DNA of 64,000 nucleotides from a virus: IMG/VR virus record IMGVR_UViG_3300047157_000126, positions 17,729 to 81,728 of that record; one strand, 5' to 3'. Shown piece by piece: positions 19,405 to 27,409 of this stretch (position 1 is its first letter; each line of letters starts with the position of its first letter). The notes under the pieces were generated by a model. It saw only the letters and a program-made list of their open reading frames with translations, ran no database searches and was not told where the DNA came from. The position numbers and the translations under genes were made by a program.

Positions 19405-19730
19405 TCTTCTTCATCTCCTTCGTTAAAGTACCAACTAAAGTTGGTTTGTCTTTTTTTACTCTTACCTAATGCCTGTAAGTGGTGTAAAACCGAAGCAATT
19501 CTTTCAAACTCTTTAGCAAGACACGCAATCCTCATACCTCTTGTGTGTTGGTGGTAACTACTATTTTGGTATGTATCAGTATTCCAAGTAGCGCTGAGTA
19601 ATTCAATTAACTCATTTTTCTTATCCATATGTGCTATTTGAGCCATTAATAATAATTCATCATAATCCATTTGCATTCTGTTTCCATCTATGTAATTTCC
19701 TTTTCTTTCAATCATTTTTCTTTCATTCAT
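19401..19730 (-). CDS. Hypothetical protein
   Basis: Directly downstream of promoter motif copy 19751. Confidence 0.6.
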   Translation of the reverse strand: MNERKMIERKGNYIDGNRMQMDYDELLLMAQIAHMDKKNELIELLSATWNTDTYQNSSYHQHTRGMRIACLAKEFERIASVLHHLQALGKSKKRQTNFSWYFNEGDEEE

Positions 19731-19978
19731 CTTAATTCATCTCCTTATTCTTCATTTCTTTATATAGAATCTTAGTTCTTAAGACCCCGTTGGTATTAAT
19801 TCATTTATATAATGTACTCGACAGTATATAAATAAAGCAATCAAATATCATGTATTACCACCATAATCTTTCACTATCATCTTTCTACCACTCATACCAA
19901 AGCGGTAGTTATCATGTGTAGCATTCGCTATCTAGGTTCAGTCATTCCTCTGTTCAACATCCCATCGTCGCGCTCCAT

Positions 19979-20533
19979 TTAGCACCACGACCCCCACAAG
20001 TATATTCCCTTCTTAGTCTCTATCTTGGTATAGTTATACATTTGGTCGCGAGCATAATGTTCCCAATTAACGTAACCAACAAGTGGGTTATCATCAGTAG
20101 CAATACCAATATCATGTGCTTCGTTCATAAAGTAATCTTTGAGTTCAAACTCATACTCACATGCATAGAATAAGTTTTCTTTGACGTGTTCAACATTGTC
20201 TGACATTTCTTGAGTAGTGCTGTAGTTATTTTTACAGGCTATTAGTATAGCATCTCTGTCATCATCACCATCTAAGTATTCAAAGAGAGAATACAAGTGT
20301 TGTATGTCTGGGTTCTCTCCTAAGTTAATACCATCGTAGTCTTGAATATGACATTCATCATGGTGTTCGTGGGTGCAACCTGCAAGTTTACAAAGTCCAC
20401 GACCTGTGTGTATGACACCATCTTCATCTACTAGTTGTTCATATGAAATCCACTTGAATACTAAACGACCTTCCGCATAACATCCAAGGCATCCCATTGC
20501 TATATTTTTATCACTATTTATTTGTTCATTCAT
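19979..20533 (-). CDS. ardA: ArdA-like antirestriction protein
   Basis: CLGCYAEGRLVFKWI...HIQDYDG...YVNWEHYARD resembles ArdA (Y..G.L.G.W / IHDYE / YFDYE.FARD); strongly acidic. Confidence 0.72.
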   Translation of the reverse strand: MNEQINSDKNIAMGCLGCYAEGRLVFKWISYEQLVDEDGVIHTGRGLCKLAGCTHEHHDECHIQDYDGINLGENPDIQHLYSLFEYLDGDDDRDAILIACKNNYSTTQEMSDNVEHVKENLFYACEYEFELKDYFMNEAHDIGIATDDNPLVGYVNWEHYARDQMYNYTKIETKKGIYLWGSWC

Positions 20534-20716
20534 TTAACATCCCTCCGGTACAAAATCAAAACCATGGTCCATCAGTAAGTAACTAGCATATGCAAGCATG
20601 TCGGCATAGTAATAAGAACCATCCTCCATGTTTATTACCACTCTAATAGTTTCATGCTCTTCATCATGCCATGCTTCTATGTTTTTTATTTCTGTTAATT
20701 TATCTGTCATCTTAAT

Positions 20717-20920
20717 TCATCTCCTGTACCTTAGTTCTGCATAACTTTTCCATAGTATGTTGTACTGTTTTCTCATACTTTTTACTTCTCCAAACAGTAT
20801 GTTGTAATTCCTTAAACTTGTTCGCACCACTTCATCTATGTCCGTTTCATCTACTTCAATCAAACTGTGTAATTCCTCTAACATATCTCTTTCTAGTTCT
20901 TTCCAATTTTGTTTGTTCAT
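20717..20920 (-). CDS. Small hypothetical protein
   Basis: ORF with SD; ILFGEVKSMRK resembles the C-terminus of the MIDTD family. Confidence 0.5.
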   Translation of the reverse strand: MNKQNWKELERDMLEELHSLIEVDETDIDEVVRTSLRNYNILFGEVKSMRKQYNILWKSYAELRYRR

Positions 20921-21146
20921 CTTAATTTTCCCCCCGTCTAATCTGGCTAAAAGTTAAGCCATATATTTCCTCAATAATATCAGTAGGAATCATTACATAC
21001 GGTGCATTCCTTTCAGCATCGCATGTAATTTTACCATACCCATATATGTCATCTGCATTCTTTCTTATAAAATCCAATAATAATTCATTTCCTTTGTTCA
21101 TCTTAATTCATCTCCTTGTTATTCATTTCTTTATATAGAATCTCTT

Positions 21147-21644
21147 TCAGTTCTCCCACACAGTTCCATACCAACTACTACCATGCTCAAAGTAACAGTC
21201 ATGCTTTGCTAGTAACGCCTGTATCTTTTGTTCGTATTCCCAATGAGTTTTGGAATCCATGTATGCTAAGTCACCATCTGTTGAAAGCCTGTCGTAAAAG
21301 AAACCACCGTCGTATATAATTCTAAACAGACCACCATTATCTGGCGCACCAAAGACATCACACCCACCAATTTCACAAAAAGAAGTTGTAGGTTCATTCG
21401 CTTCTTCAAGAGTCACAGGTTCTAGTCCTTCACTAGCAAATGTATTGTTGAGCAATACTAAACTATCTTTGTCATACTCACCGTATATTGTCCTCTCTCT
21501 TATGTGAAACATATCATCAAAGAGTTCTCTAAGTTCTAAGGCAATCTTTCGAGCCTTACCACTTAGCATATATACGTTCATTTCTGCGGGCCATTCTTCG
21601 TTTGTTATTTCTGTCTTCATTTTTCTCATTCCTTTGTTATTCAT
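21147..21644 (-). CDS. Hypothetical early protein
   Basis: Lies between promoter motifs 21122 and 21640; the true start is probably a downstream Met. Confidence 0.65.
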   Translation of the reverse strand: MNNKGMRKMKTEITNEEWPAEMNVYMLSGKARKIALELRELFDDMFHIRERTIYGEYDKDSLVLLNNTFASEGLEPVTLEEANEPTTSFCEIGGCDVFGAPDNGGLFRIIYDGGFFYDRLSTDGDLAYMDSKTHWEYEQKIQALLAKHDCYFEHGSSWYGTVWEN

Positions 21645-22024
21645 TTCTTTATATAGAATCTTAGTTTCTTTATATGTGAGTGTGGATTTTGTGCTTTGTA
21701 CGATTATTAATATGGACTTTAGACATATGTGTCATGTTTCATCTAGTTCTCTATGTATATATTATAATATATATGTATAAGTAAGTAATAATAAAGATAA
21801 GTAAGTGTACTTGTATAGTGTCTATACTAATCATCGGATTGATAGGATATGAGAGAGCATTCCCTCATGTATGTATATGTGTATAGTAGATAGCCCTACC
21901 AAGACATACCCCCGACATAACACCGAGGCTGTTTTCTTTATGTACTGAAACCTATCAGGTAGGACAGCACGCTGTCTAGGGTAGGATTAGGGGTGAACTT
22001 TTGCGCTAATCAAAAGTTGGATAT

Positions 22025-22062
22025 AAAAAAAGGCCACCCCCCATTTAGAGGGGTGGGTTTTT
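22025..22062 (-). terminator. Hairpin terminator-like element
   Basis: CCACCCC/GGGGTGG stem followed by T7 on the minus strand, just after the 22069-22257 ORF. Confidence 0.6.
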
Positions 22063-22068
22063 GGTTAT

Positions 22069-22257
22069 TCATTCCGCTATTACCGGCATCCATGGGTGAC
22101 CGGAATCAGTAGCGCAATCTCTGCAATAGAAATCTATTATCTCTAGTCTCTCTGCGTGCCAGAGTATGGCAGCGTCAGCAACTTGAACTTTACATTCAGG
22201 GCAGTTTTCTATTTGTATTGCGGGCATTCTTAATATTTGGTTTTCCATATTTTTCAA
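22069..22257 (-). CDS. Zinc-finger microprotein
   Basis: CPEC...CRDC. Confidence 0.6.
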   Translation of the reverse strand: MKNMENQILRMPAIQIENCPECKVQVADAAILWHAERLEIIDFYCRDCATDSGHPWMPVIAE

Positions 22258-22272
22258 CTCCTGTTGGATAGA

Positions 22273-22296
22273 AGGGGGAGGCCGAAGCCCCGTCCC
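22273..22296 (-). terminator. cUUCGg tetraloop hairpin after the first early gene
   Basis: The minus strand reads GGGGC-TTCG-GCCTC immediately after the stop at 22300. Confidence 0.55.
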
Positions 22297-22299
22297 AAC

Positions 22300-23043
22300 T
22301 TATTCGACAACTCCTTGTTCTTGTAGAGCGGCAAAAATCTCGTTTATCTTTGCTTTCAATTGTATGTTCTCAAGTCTCAAGTTTTCAACTGCTTTGTCTT
22401 TAGCAATCAGTTTTGCTGACTTTGCTTGACCTTTTACAGTCTTAACAGACTTGGAAGTTTTCTTTCCATTGCGTACAGTTTTCTTAACTTTCTTTGTAGT
22501 AACTCCATCTTGAGTTCCTTGCCAGACATATTTGCTGTATACTTTAGCAATCGCTTCTTGTCTTGGTGGGCCTTTTAGTCCATCGAAAGCCTTATGCCAA
22601 TCACCATTTTCTTTTCTTGCATATGCTTTCATTGCTGCTTTCTTGGTTGTGAAAGGGACTGTAATTCCTTCAGCCCACCAAGCCACACCATCAGCAGCCT
22701 TGACATTTGCTGCTTTCTGAGTCATCAATTTCTTTACTGCTTTACATGCTGCTTGAAGTGGCTTAGCATTATCAAGAGCAGTTGCTCTTTTAGCATCAGA
22801 CTTACGACCTTCAATTGTATAAATCCTGTCAACCATTGCTCTTATTTCTGTGCGGCTAAAGTCAATATTATTATTATCAAATGACTTGCGTCCTACTCTA
22901 ATAGTTACTCTCTGCAAAGTTTCAGGGTTCAAAGGTATAGCGCAACGGGTTGCTTTACTTCGTAAGAAGGTAGCACATCTTGCTGCTATTTCTTTATTGC
23001 TTATTGTTTGCGGGGCATCATTGTTTGGTTTGTTTGTTTTCAT
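22300..23043 (-). CDS. Lys/Ala-rich basic protein with C-terminal coiled coil; first gene of the leftward arm
   Basis: Follows promoter copy 23068-23089; highly basic composition. Confidence 0.7.
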   Translation of the reverse strand: MKTNKPNNDAPQTISNKEIAARCATFLRSKATRCAIPLNPETLQRVTIRVGRKSFDNNNIDFSRTEIRAMVDRIYTIEGRKSDAKRATALDNAKPLQAACKAVKKLMTQKAANVKAADGVAWWAEGITVPFTTKKAAMKAYARKENGDWHKAFDGLKGPPRQEAIAKVYSKYVWQGTQDGVTTKKVKKTVRNGKKTSKSVKTVKGQAKSAKLIAKDKAVENLRLENIQLKAKINEIFAALQEQGVVE

Positions 23044-23380
23044 TCTTAAAACCTCGACAATATGTTCTTCGTTTCTTTATATAGAATCTCTGTTTTTTGG
23101 CTGGAATCAAATCTTTTCTTCTCTTCTATTCCTGTATTATCCTAGATGTAAATACAATAGCGCATAGCGCTGCAACTCTATAAGAAGGTAGCAAAATGCT
23201 ACCCATATGGATGGGAGGGTCAAGGAGGCGTAGTGGCTTGGTAACGTTTTGTGTTAAACACATTGGTGTTGGTACACATACTACCGCATTGGTGTGGTCT
23301 GGTGGGGGTAGGGCGTGGTGCATAAACGCTGTACTGCGCCCCTGTTTGTACCTACGCACCCACCCCCACATACGTTAGGA

Positions 23381-23516
23381 TTAGCGGGGCTTTAGCGGGG
23401 ACTTTAGCGCCAAACCCTACCCCCCAAAACAGCCCAGAAACCGCTTTAGCGCACCCCATTAGCGCACCTTAGCCGGAGGCATTACATTAGCGCAACCTTT
23501 AGCGCCTTCTTTAGTC
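23381..23516 (+). repeat. TTAGCG repeat cluster in the divergent non-coding switch region
   Basis: Exact TTAGCG at 23381, 23392, 23404, 23446, 23459, 23487 and 23499; variants at 23469 and 23511. Confidence 0.85.
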
Positions 23517-23631
23517 CCACACAGCGCTCGACAAAATTTTCCATAGAATGGCTTTTTTTGGGTTTTAGGGGGTACGCCTCAAAAAAAATTTTAGAAAAAA
23601 TTTCATAACATAAACCACCCTCCCACTTATC

Positions 23632-24138
23632 GTGTCTGCATTCAACAAAGCATGGTCTGTTCTCAAAATGACCGAAATGCCGATGGGAGGAGATGTACCG
23701 CCACAAGAGTCTTATTCCCACAAAGATTTGGATGCTGAGGCACTCATAGATTTCTTAATCCAAAATCTGGGAATGGATTATCAAGAGGCGAAAACCCTTG
23801 TTACACACCACAAAACCAAGGAAATGGGTGAAAAATCTCGTAAAAAGCCTCCGAAAGACAATGGTGGTGATATGTCCATGTCCCCTATGATGCCTATGGC
23901 TAAGGCAATGGATTTTCTCAAGGGTCGTGGGGATTTTAGAATGCGGAATGTGAAAAAGCCGCAAGTTCAAACAAGAACTCCTGCTGATGTAAATCAGATG
24001 GATTACAATGAACTAACGCCAGATGAACAATTAGAAAGGCGCAGAAACAAAGTTAATTCTTATGAATCTGAATACGCTAGAAAAAATCGAGAAGAAAAAG
24101 AAAGGCTTGCTCGTGAAATGGGAGAGGGTCAACAATGA
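23632..24138 (+). CDS. Leader-bearing protein (MSAFNKAWSVLK), putative internal virion protein
   Basis: GTG start; leader motif plus an internal KAMDFLK|G. Confidence 0.7.
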   Translation: MSAFNKAWSVLKMTEMPMGGDVPPQESYSHKDLDAEALIDFLIQNLGMDYQEAKTLVTHHKTKEMGEKSRKKPPKDNGGDMSMSPMMPMAKAMDFLKGRGDFRMRNVKKPQVQTRTPADVNQMDYNELTPDEQLERRRNKVNSYESEYARKNREEKERLAREMGEGQQ

Positions 24139-24179
24139 CAGCGTTTGAAACAGCATGGCCTCTTTTAAAAGCCTACTAA
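24135..24179 (+). CDS. Leader-only mini-ORF MTAFETAWPLLKAY
   Basis: ATGA overlap with the upstream stop; encodes only the conserved leader plus two residues. Confidence 0.6.
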   Translation: MTAFETAWPLLKAY

Positions 24180-24212
24180 AATAAGATAAAATAAACAAGG
24201 ACATTGATTAAA

Positions 24213-24668
24213 ATGACAGCATTTGAAGCAGCATGGGATATATTAAAAAGCAATACACTAGAAAAACAATCATATCATCCAGCAATTCATGGTTTGATGA
24301 ATAGAAAAAGACTTGCTGATGCTTTTAATGTTGATATGGATGAAGATTTTGAAGGTCAACATTACGGTTCAGTTGAAGAGCCTTATACAATGTATGATGA
24401 TGAAGTACCAACTATGCCTAATTACGAAGATGTAAAACACTTAGCAAATAAACCCTCATATTTCCAACCTAGTGATTTTGTAGATGAAGCACAAGGTATG
24501 GGTTATGAGCCGAAAGGTGCTAGTGGGCCTAATTCACTTAGAGCCGCAGAACAATCAGGTGAATTAAAAAGACAATCTAGAGGTTTAGCGACTAGAGATG
24601 CGGAAGCAAGAAGAAGGCAAGGAGATTTTAGAAATTATCCTAAGTTTGATTACGGGGCAAATATTTAA
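24213..24668 (+). CDS. Leader-bearing protein (MTAFEAAWDILK)
   Basis: Start corrected to the ATG at 24213 on the basis of the leader motif. Confidence 0.7.
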   Translation: MTAFEAAWDILKSNTLEKQSYHPAIHGLMNRKRLADAFNVDMDEDFEGQHYGSVEEPYTMYDDEVPTMPNYEDVKHLANKPSYFQPSDFVDEAQGMGYEPKGASGPNSLRAAEQSGELKRQSRGLATRDAEARRRQGDFRNYPKFDYGANI

Positions 24669-24877
24669 TGACAGCATTCAATGAAGCGTGGGATTTTCTC
24701 AAAGCAGACCCCATTGATATGCACGAATATCCCCCCGGTTCAGGTAATTTTATGTCTTTACAAGACATGATAATGGCTAGAAACGCAGATGCTCGCAAAA
24801 ATATGCAAAATATGACTCCAAAACCTAGACCAACAGGAGGTAACACGTATGACAAAAGACCTTCAGGTTGGCAATAG
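24668..24877 (+). CDS. Leader-bearing small protein (MTAFNEAWDFLK)
   Basis: Leader motif; TAATG coupling. Confidence 0.7.
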   Translation: MTAFNEAWDFLKADPIDMHEYPPGSGNFMSLQDMIMARNADARKNMQNMTPKPRPTGGNTYDKRPSGWQ

Positions 24878-25379
24878 ACCCTTCGACCAAGCGTGGATTG
24901 TACTCAAAGCGCCAATTTATGAGACACCAATATCTAATATTAATTTTCTAACTGGGAATCGAGAAGATTATGATAATAATGAAGAGATTTTTGGTGGAAT
25001 GTACCCCGAAGATAAAAGAAGAGACCACATACAGCAAATGACACCTAACGAGTATCTTAGTCGAACGCCCAAAACTTCACACCCTAATCTTGGAGGATGG
25101 TTTGAAGAAAAAATAAAACAGGCTATTGAAAATAATCAAAAATTAAGATTAGGTATGCCATGGGTTCAATATGACCCAAACATTACAGACCCGAAAGACC
25201 GTGATTATAGACTAAACTCACATGATGGAAGAAATAGAATGGCCGCTATGCAAAAACTTGGGCATGGAGATACTGAGTTTCCTGTAAGAGTTACACACTG
25301 GCCCCCTAAAAGGCAATTAACAATGCGAGAACAATTAGAAGAAGCAAAAAGAAGAGTAAAGGGTGGGGGGTTTTTATGA
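24849..25379 (+). CDS. Leader-bearing ParB/Sulfiredoxin-like protein
   Basis: RPFDQAWIVLK|A leader; HDGRNRMAAMQKLG...FPV resembles the ParB/Srx DG.HR..A...G motif. Confidence 0.65.
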   Translation: MTKDLQVGNRPFDQAWIVLKAPIYETPISNINFLTGNREDYDNNEEIFGGMYPEDKRRDHIQQMTPNEYLSRTPKTSHPNLGGWFEEKIKQAIENNQKLRLGMPWVQYDPNITDPKDRDYRLNSHDGRNRMAAMQKLGHGDTEFPVRVTHWPPKRQLTMREQLEEAKRRVKGGGFL

Positions 25380-26113
25380 ATCCCTTCGACCAAGCATGGC
25401 TCTTACTCAAGGAAGAAGAGGTTAGATATCATCCACAAGATGAACCTATGAGTGTTGAAGATATGGAATCATATTATGATGTAACTGAACTTGGACAAAT
25501 CGCAGGTGAAAAACCGATGGCAGGGGATATATCAACGGGCGACACAAGAGAAGATAGAAAGAAACAAACAAAGGTTTTTGGACAAACATTTCGTGGTAAG
25601 CCTACATTCAATCTGATGCCTTTGGCTGGTGAAAACCGGGCTATGGTGAATCCAAATGCTGAAATCTTTAGGCGTAGTGAGATGAACCCCTTAGACCAAG
25701 CATGGGCTTTGCTCAAGAATGATGACGATGAGTTCAAACAAGCGGCTTACGGAACTTGGTATGAAGATGACTGGGCAGATAAAATGCCGGAGGATTTCGA
25801 CTTTGATGCTTTTGATGCTGAAGATTATGATGAGGAGATACATAGAGAATATCCGACTGGACAAGTAGGTTATAATCCGGGTATGAAGGATTTGCGGAGG
25901 TCGCAATACAATCCTTGGGAAAGTTCCGAAGAGAATGAGAAGCGATTTAATGATTTGATAAATAATCCTACCCGCAACCCTATTATTATTGTGAGAGATA
26001 AAAACGGAGAAGAGCACATTATCTCCGGTCATCATAGGATGGCGGCAAACATTGAAGCCGGAAGGCCACATCTCCCCGCTTTAGTTTTGAATATGATGAG
26101 GAATCAACAATGA
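25376..26113 (+). CDS. Two-leader fusion protein with C-terminal ParB/Sulfiredoxin domain
   Basis: MNPFDQAWLLLK at the start and an in-frame MNPLDQAWALLK at 25682; PIIIV...IISGHHRMAA...G..HLPA. Confidence 0.72.
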   Translation: MNPFDQAWLLLKEEEVRYHPQDEPMSVEDMESYYDVTELGQIAGEKPMAGDISTGDTREDRKKQTKVFGQTFRGKPTFNLMPLAGENRAMVNPNAEIFRRSEMNPLDQAWALLKNDDDEFKQAAYGTWYEDDWADKMPEDFDFDAFDAEDYDEEIHREYPTGQVGYNPGMKDLRRSQYNPWESSEENEKRFNDLINNPTRNPIIIVRDKNGEEHIISGHHRMAANIEAGRPHLPALVLNMMRNQQ

Positions 26114-27042
26114 ACCCCTTCGACCAAGCATGGTCTCTGCTGAAGGCTCCGATTTATGAAGCACCTTCCACATTTGAAGAAGGTGATTGGCCTAATTATT
26201 CTGATTCACTAGGGCAAGATGATAGATTTACAATGTTGCCTAACCTAGAAGAAATGGGAAAACCGTACATGTGGGAATCTGAAGATGGTAATGCAAGGGG
26301 CACAATATATCCTGATGATTTTAGAAACTCGATAAAAATAGATAATTTTGAATTAAATAGTGATGTTAAAGGTCAAGGTAAAGCAAGAAAATATCTTGAA
26401 GATTTTATTGAAGAAGGTCAAGATTATTTTATTGATAATGATGGTTTTCTTCTTGACGGAGTACATGTTACAAATGTAGAACATGGTGCGACGGGTTTTT
26501 GGGATAAAATGGTTGATGCGGGTGTGATTGATGGAGCACATTCAACAGGCTACATTAGAACTAATATCGCTGGTGATGAACATTACACTCACGCTTATGA
26601 CGATAAAAAGCAACCTTGGTCACATGAATTAAATCCTGAATACGCTGAATATCATGGTTTACCAACAGATGCTATTTATGACCAATTCGTAGAAAAAGCG
26701 TATGAATATCACGGAACCGTAGATTTACCTAGCGTTTTACAACACGGAATAAGAGGTGGAAGTCCTAAAACTCGTTCAAAACGTTATGTGCCAGAATCTC
26801 TAAGAGCAGCAGATTTAGTGAATTATACAACTACAGACCCAGAAGCGGCACTAAGATTTGCACAAGAAAGGGCAAGAAGAACAAAGCAAGACCCTTCAAA
26901 AGTAGGAGTTGTGCGAATGAAAACAGCAGATTTACCTGAATATGTAGAGCATCAAGAGCCAGATTATGGTGATTTACAAGGTGGTATGAGTAGAGTTCGT
27001 CAAGGTTCAATACCCCCAGAAGTATTACAGCAGTGGTCTTAA
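26110..27042 (+). CDS. Leader-bearing GNAT-like + ADP-ribosyltransferase-like two-domain protein
   Basis: MNPFDQAWSLLK|A; GNAT motif A VKGQGKAR and ATGFWDKM; after FVEK|A comes YHGT...VLQHGI...YTTTDPEAALRFA. Confidence 0.62.
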   Translation: MNPFDQAWSLLKAPIYEAPSTFEEGDWPNYSDSLGQDDRFTMLPNLEEMGKPYMWESEDGNARGTIYPDDFRNSIKIDNFELNSDVKGQGKARKYLEDFIEEGQDYFIDNDGFLLDGVHVTNVEHGATGFWDKMVDAGVIDGAHSTGYIRTNIAGDEHYTHAYDDKKQPWSHELNPEYAEYHGLPTDAIYDQFVEKAYEYHGTVDLPSVLQHGIRGGSPKTRSKRYVPESLRAADLVNYTTTDPEAALRFAQERARRTKQDPSKVGVVRMKTADLPEYVEHQEPDYGDLQGGMSRVRQGSIPPEVLQQWS

Positions 27043-27204
27043 TACAAATATACCTACTATTATCAGCCCTACCATAAGTGAAATAACTGATTTTCGAATT
27101 GTTTTGCGTATTTGTCCCCGTAAAAGGTCATTAAAAGCCTCATGAACCATGTAAAACGCGACTACGACGGGTTTATTTATAAAGCATACCTGCGATTACT
27201 ACTG

Positions 27205-27396
27205 ATGAGTACCACTCCTGAACCTTTTACTGAGGCTTGGCAAGTGCTAAAAGCGTACCCGCCGGAATCAAATTTTACTGTTGAAGAAAAACAAATTGTT
27301 ATGTCAACAATTTTGAAGATGATGATGAGTGGTAATACTCGTCTAGAAGAGGAGGCTGGATTGCTTTTCCAGCGATATGCTAATTTACGACAGTGA
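27205..27396 (+). CDS. Leader-bearing small protein (MSTTPEPFTEAWQVLK)
   Basis: Start reassigned to the ATG at 27205, about 25 nt after TTTATTTATAAA. Confidence 0.6.
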   Translation: MSTTPEPFTEAWQVLKAYPPESNFTVEEKQIVMSTILKMMMSGNTRLEEEAGLLFQRYANLRQ

Positions 27397-27409
27397 GTTC
27401 GCACACCCC

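Noticed and set aside
1532-23089. The 22-bp repeat as a CRISPR array
   Set aside because: Copies are hundreds to thousands of bp apart with genes between them; no regular spacers and no cas genes.
601-23167. Plus-strand ORFs in the left arm (e.g. 601-930, 6971-7342, 16290-16592)
   Set aside because: Antisense shadows of well-supported minus-strand genes; no SD and no recognisable motifs.
23381-23516. TTAGCG cluster as a mini-CRISPR or telomere repeat
   Set aside because: Units are only 6 bp with irregular 5-36 bp gaps; better explained as protein-binding iterons.
23126-23721. ORFs 23126-23371, 23196-23378 and 23482-23721
   Set aside because: They lie over the repeat-rich switch region with atypical composition and no SD; likely spurious.
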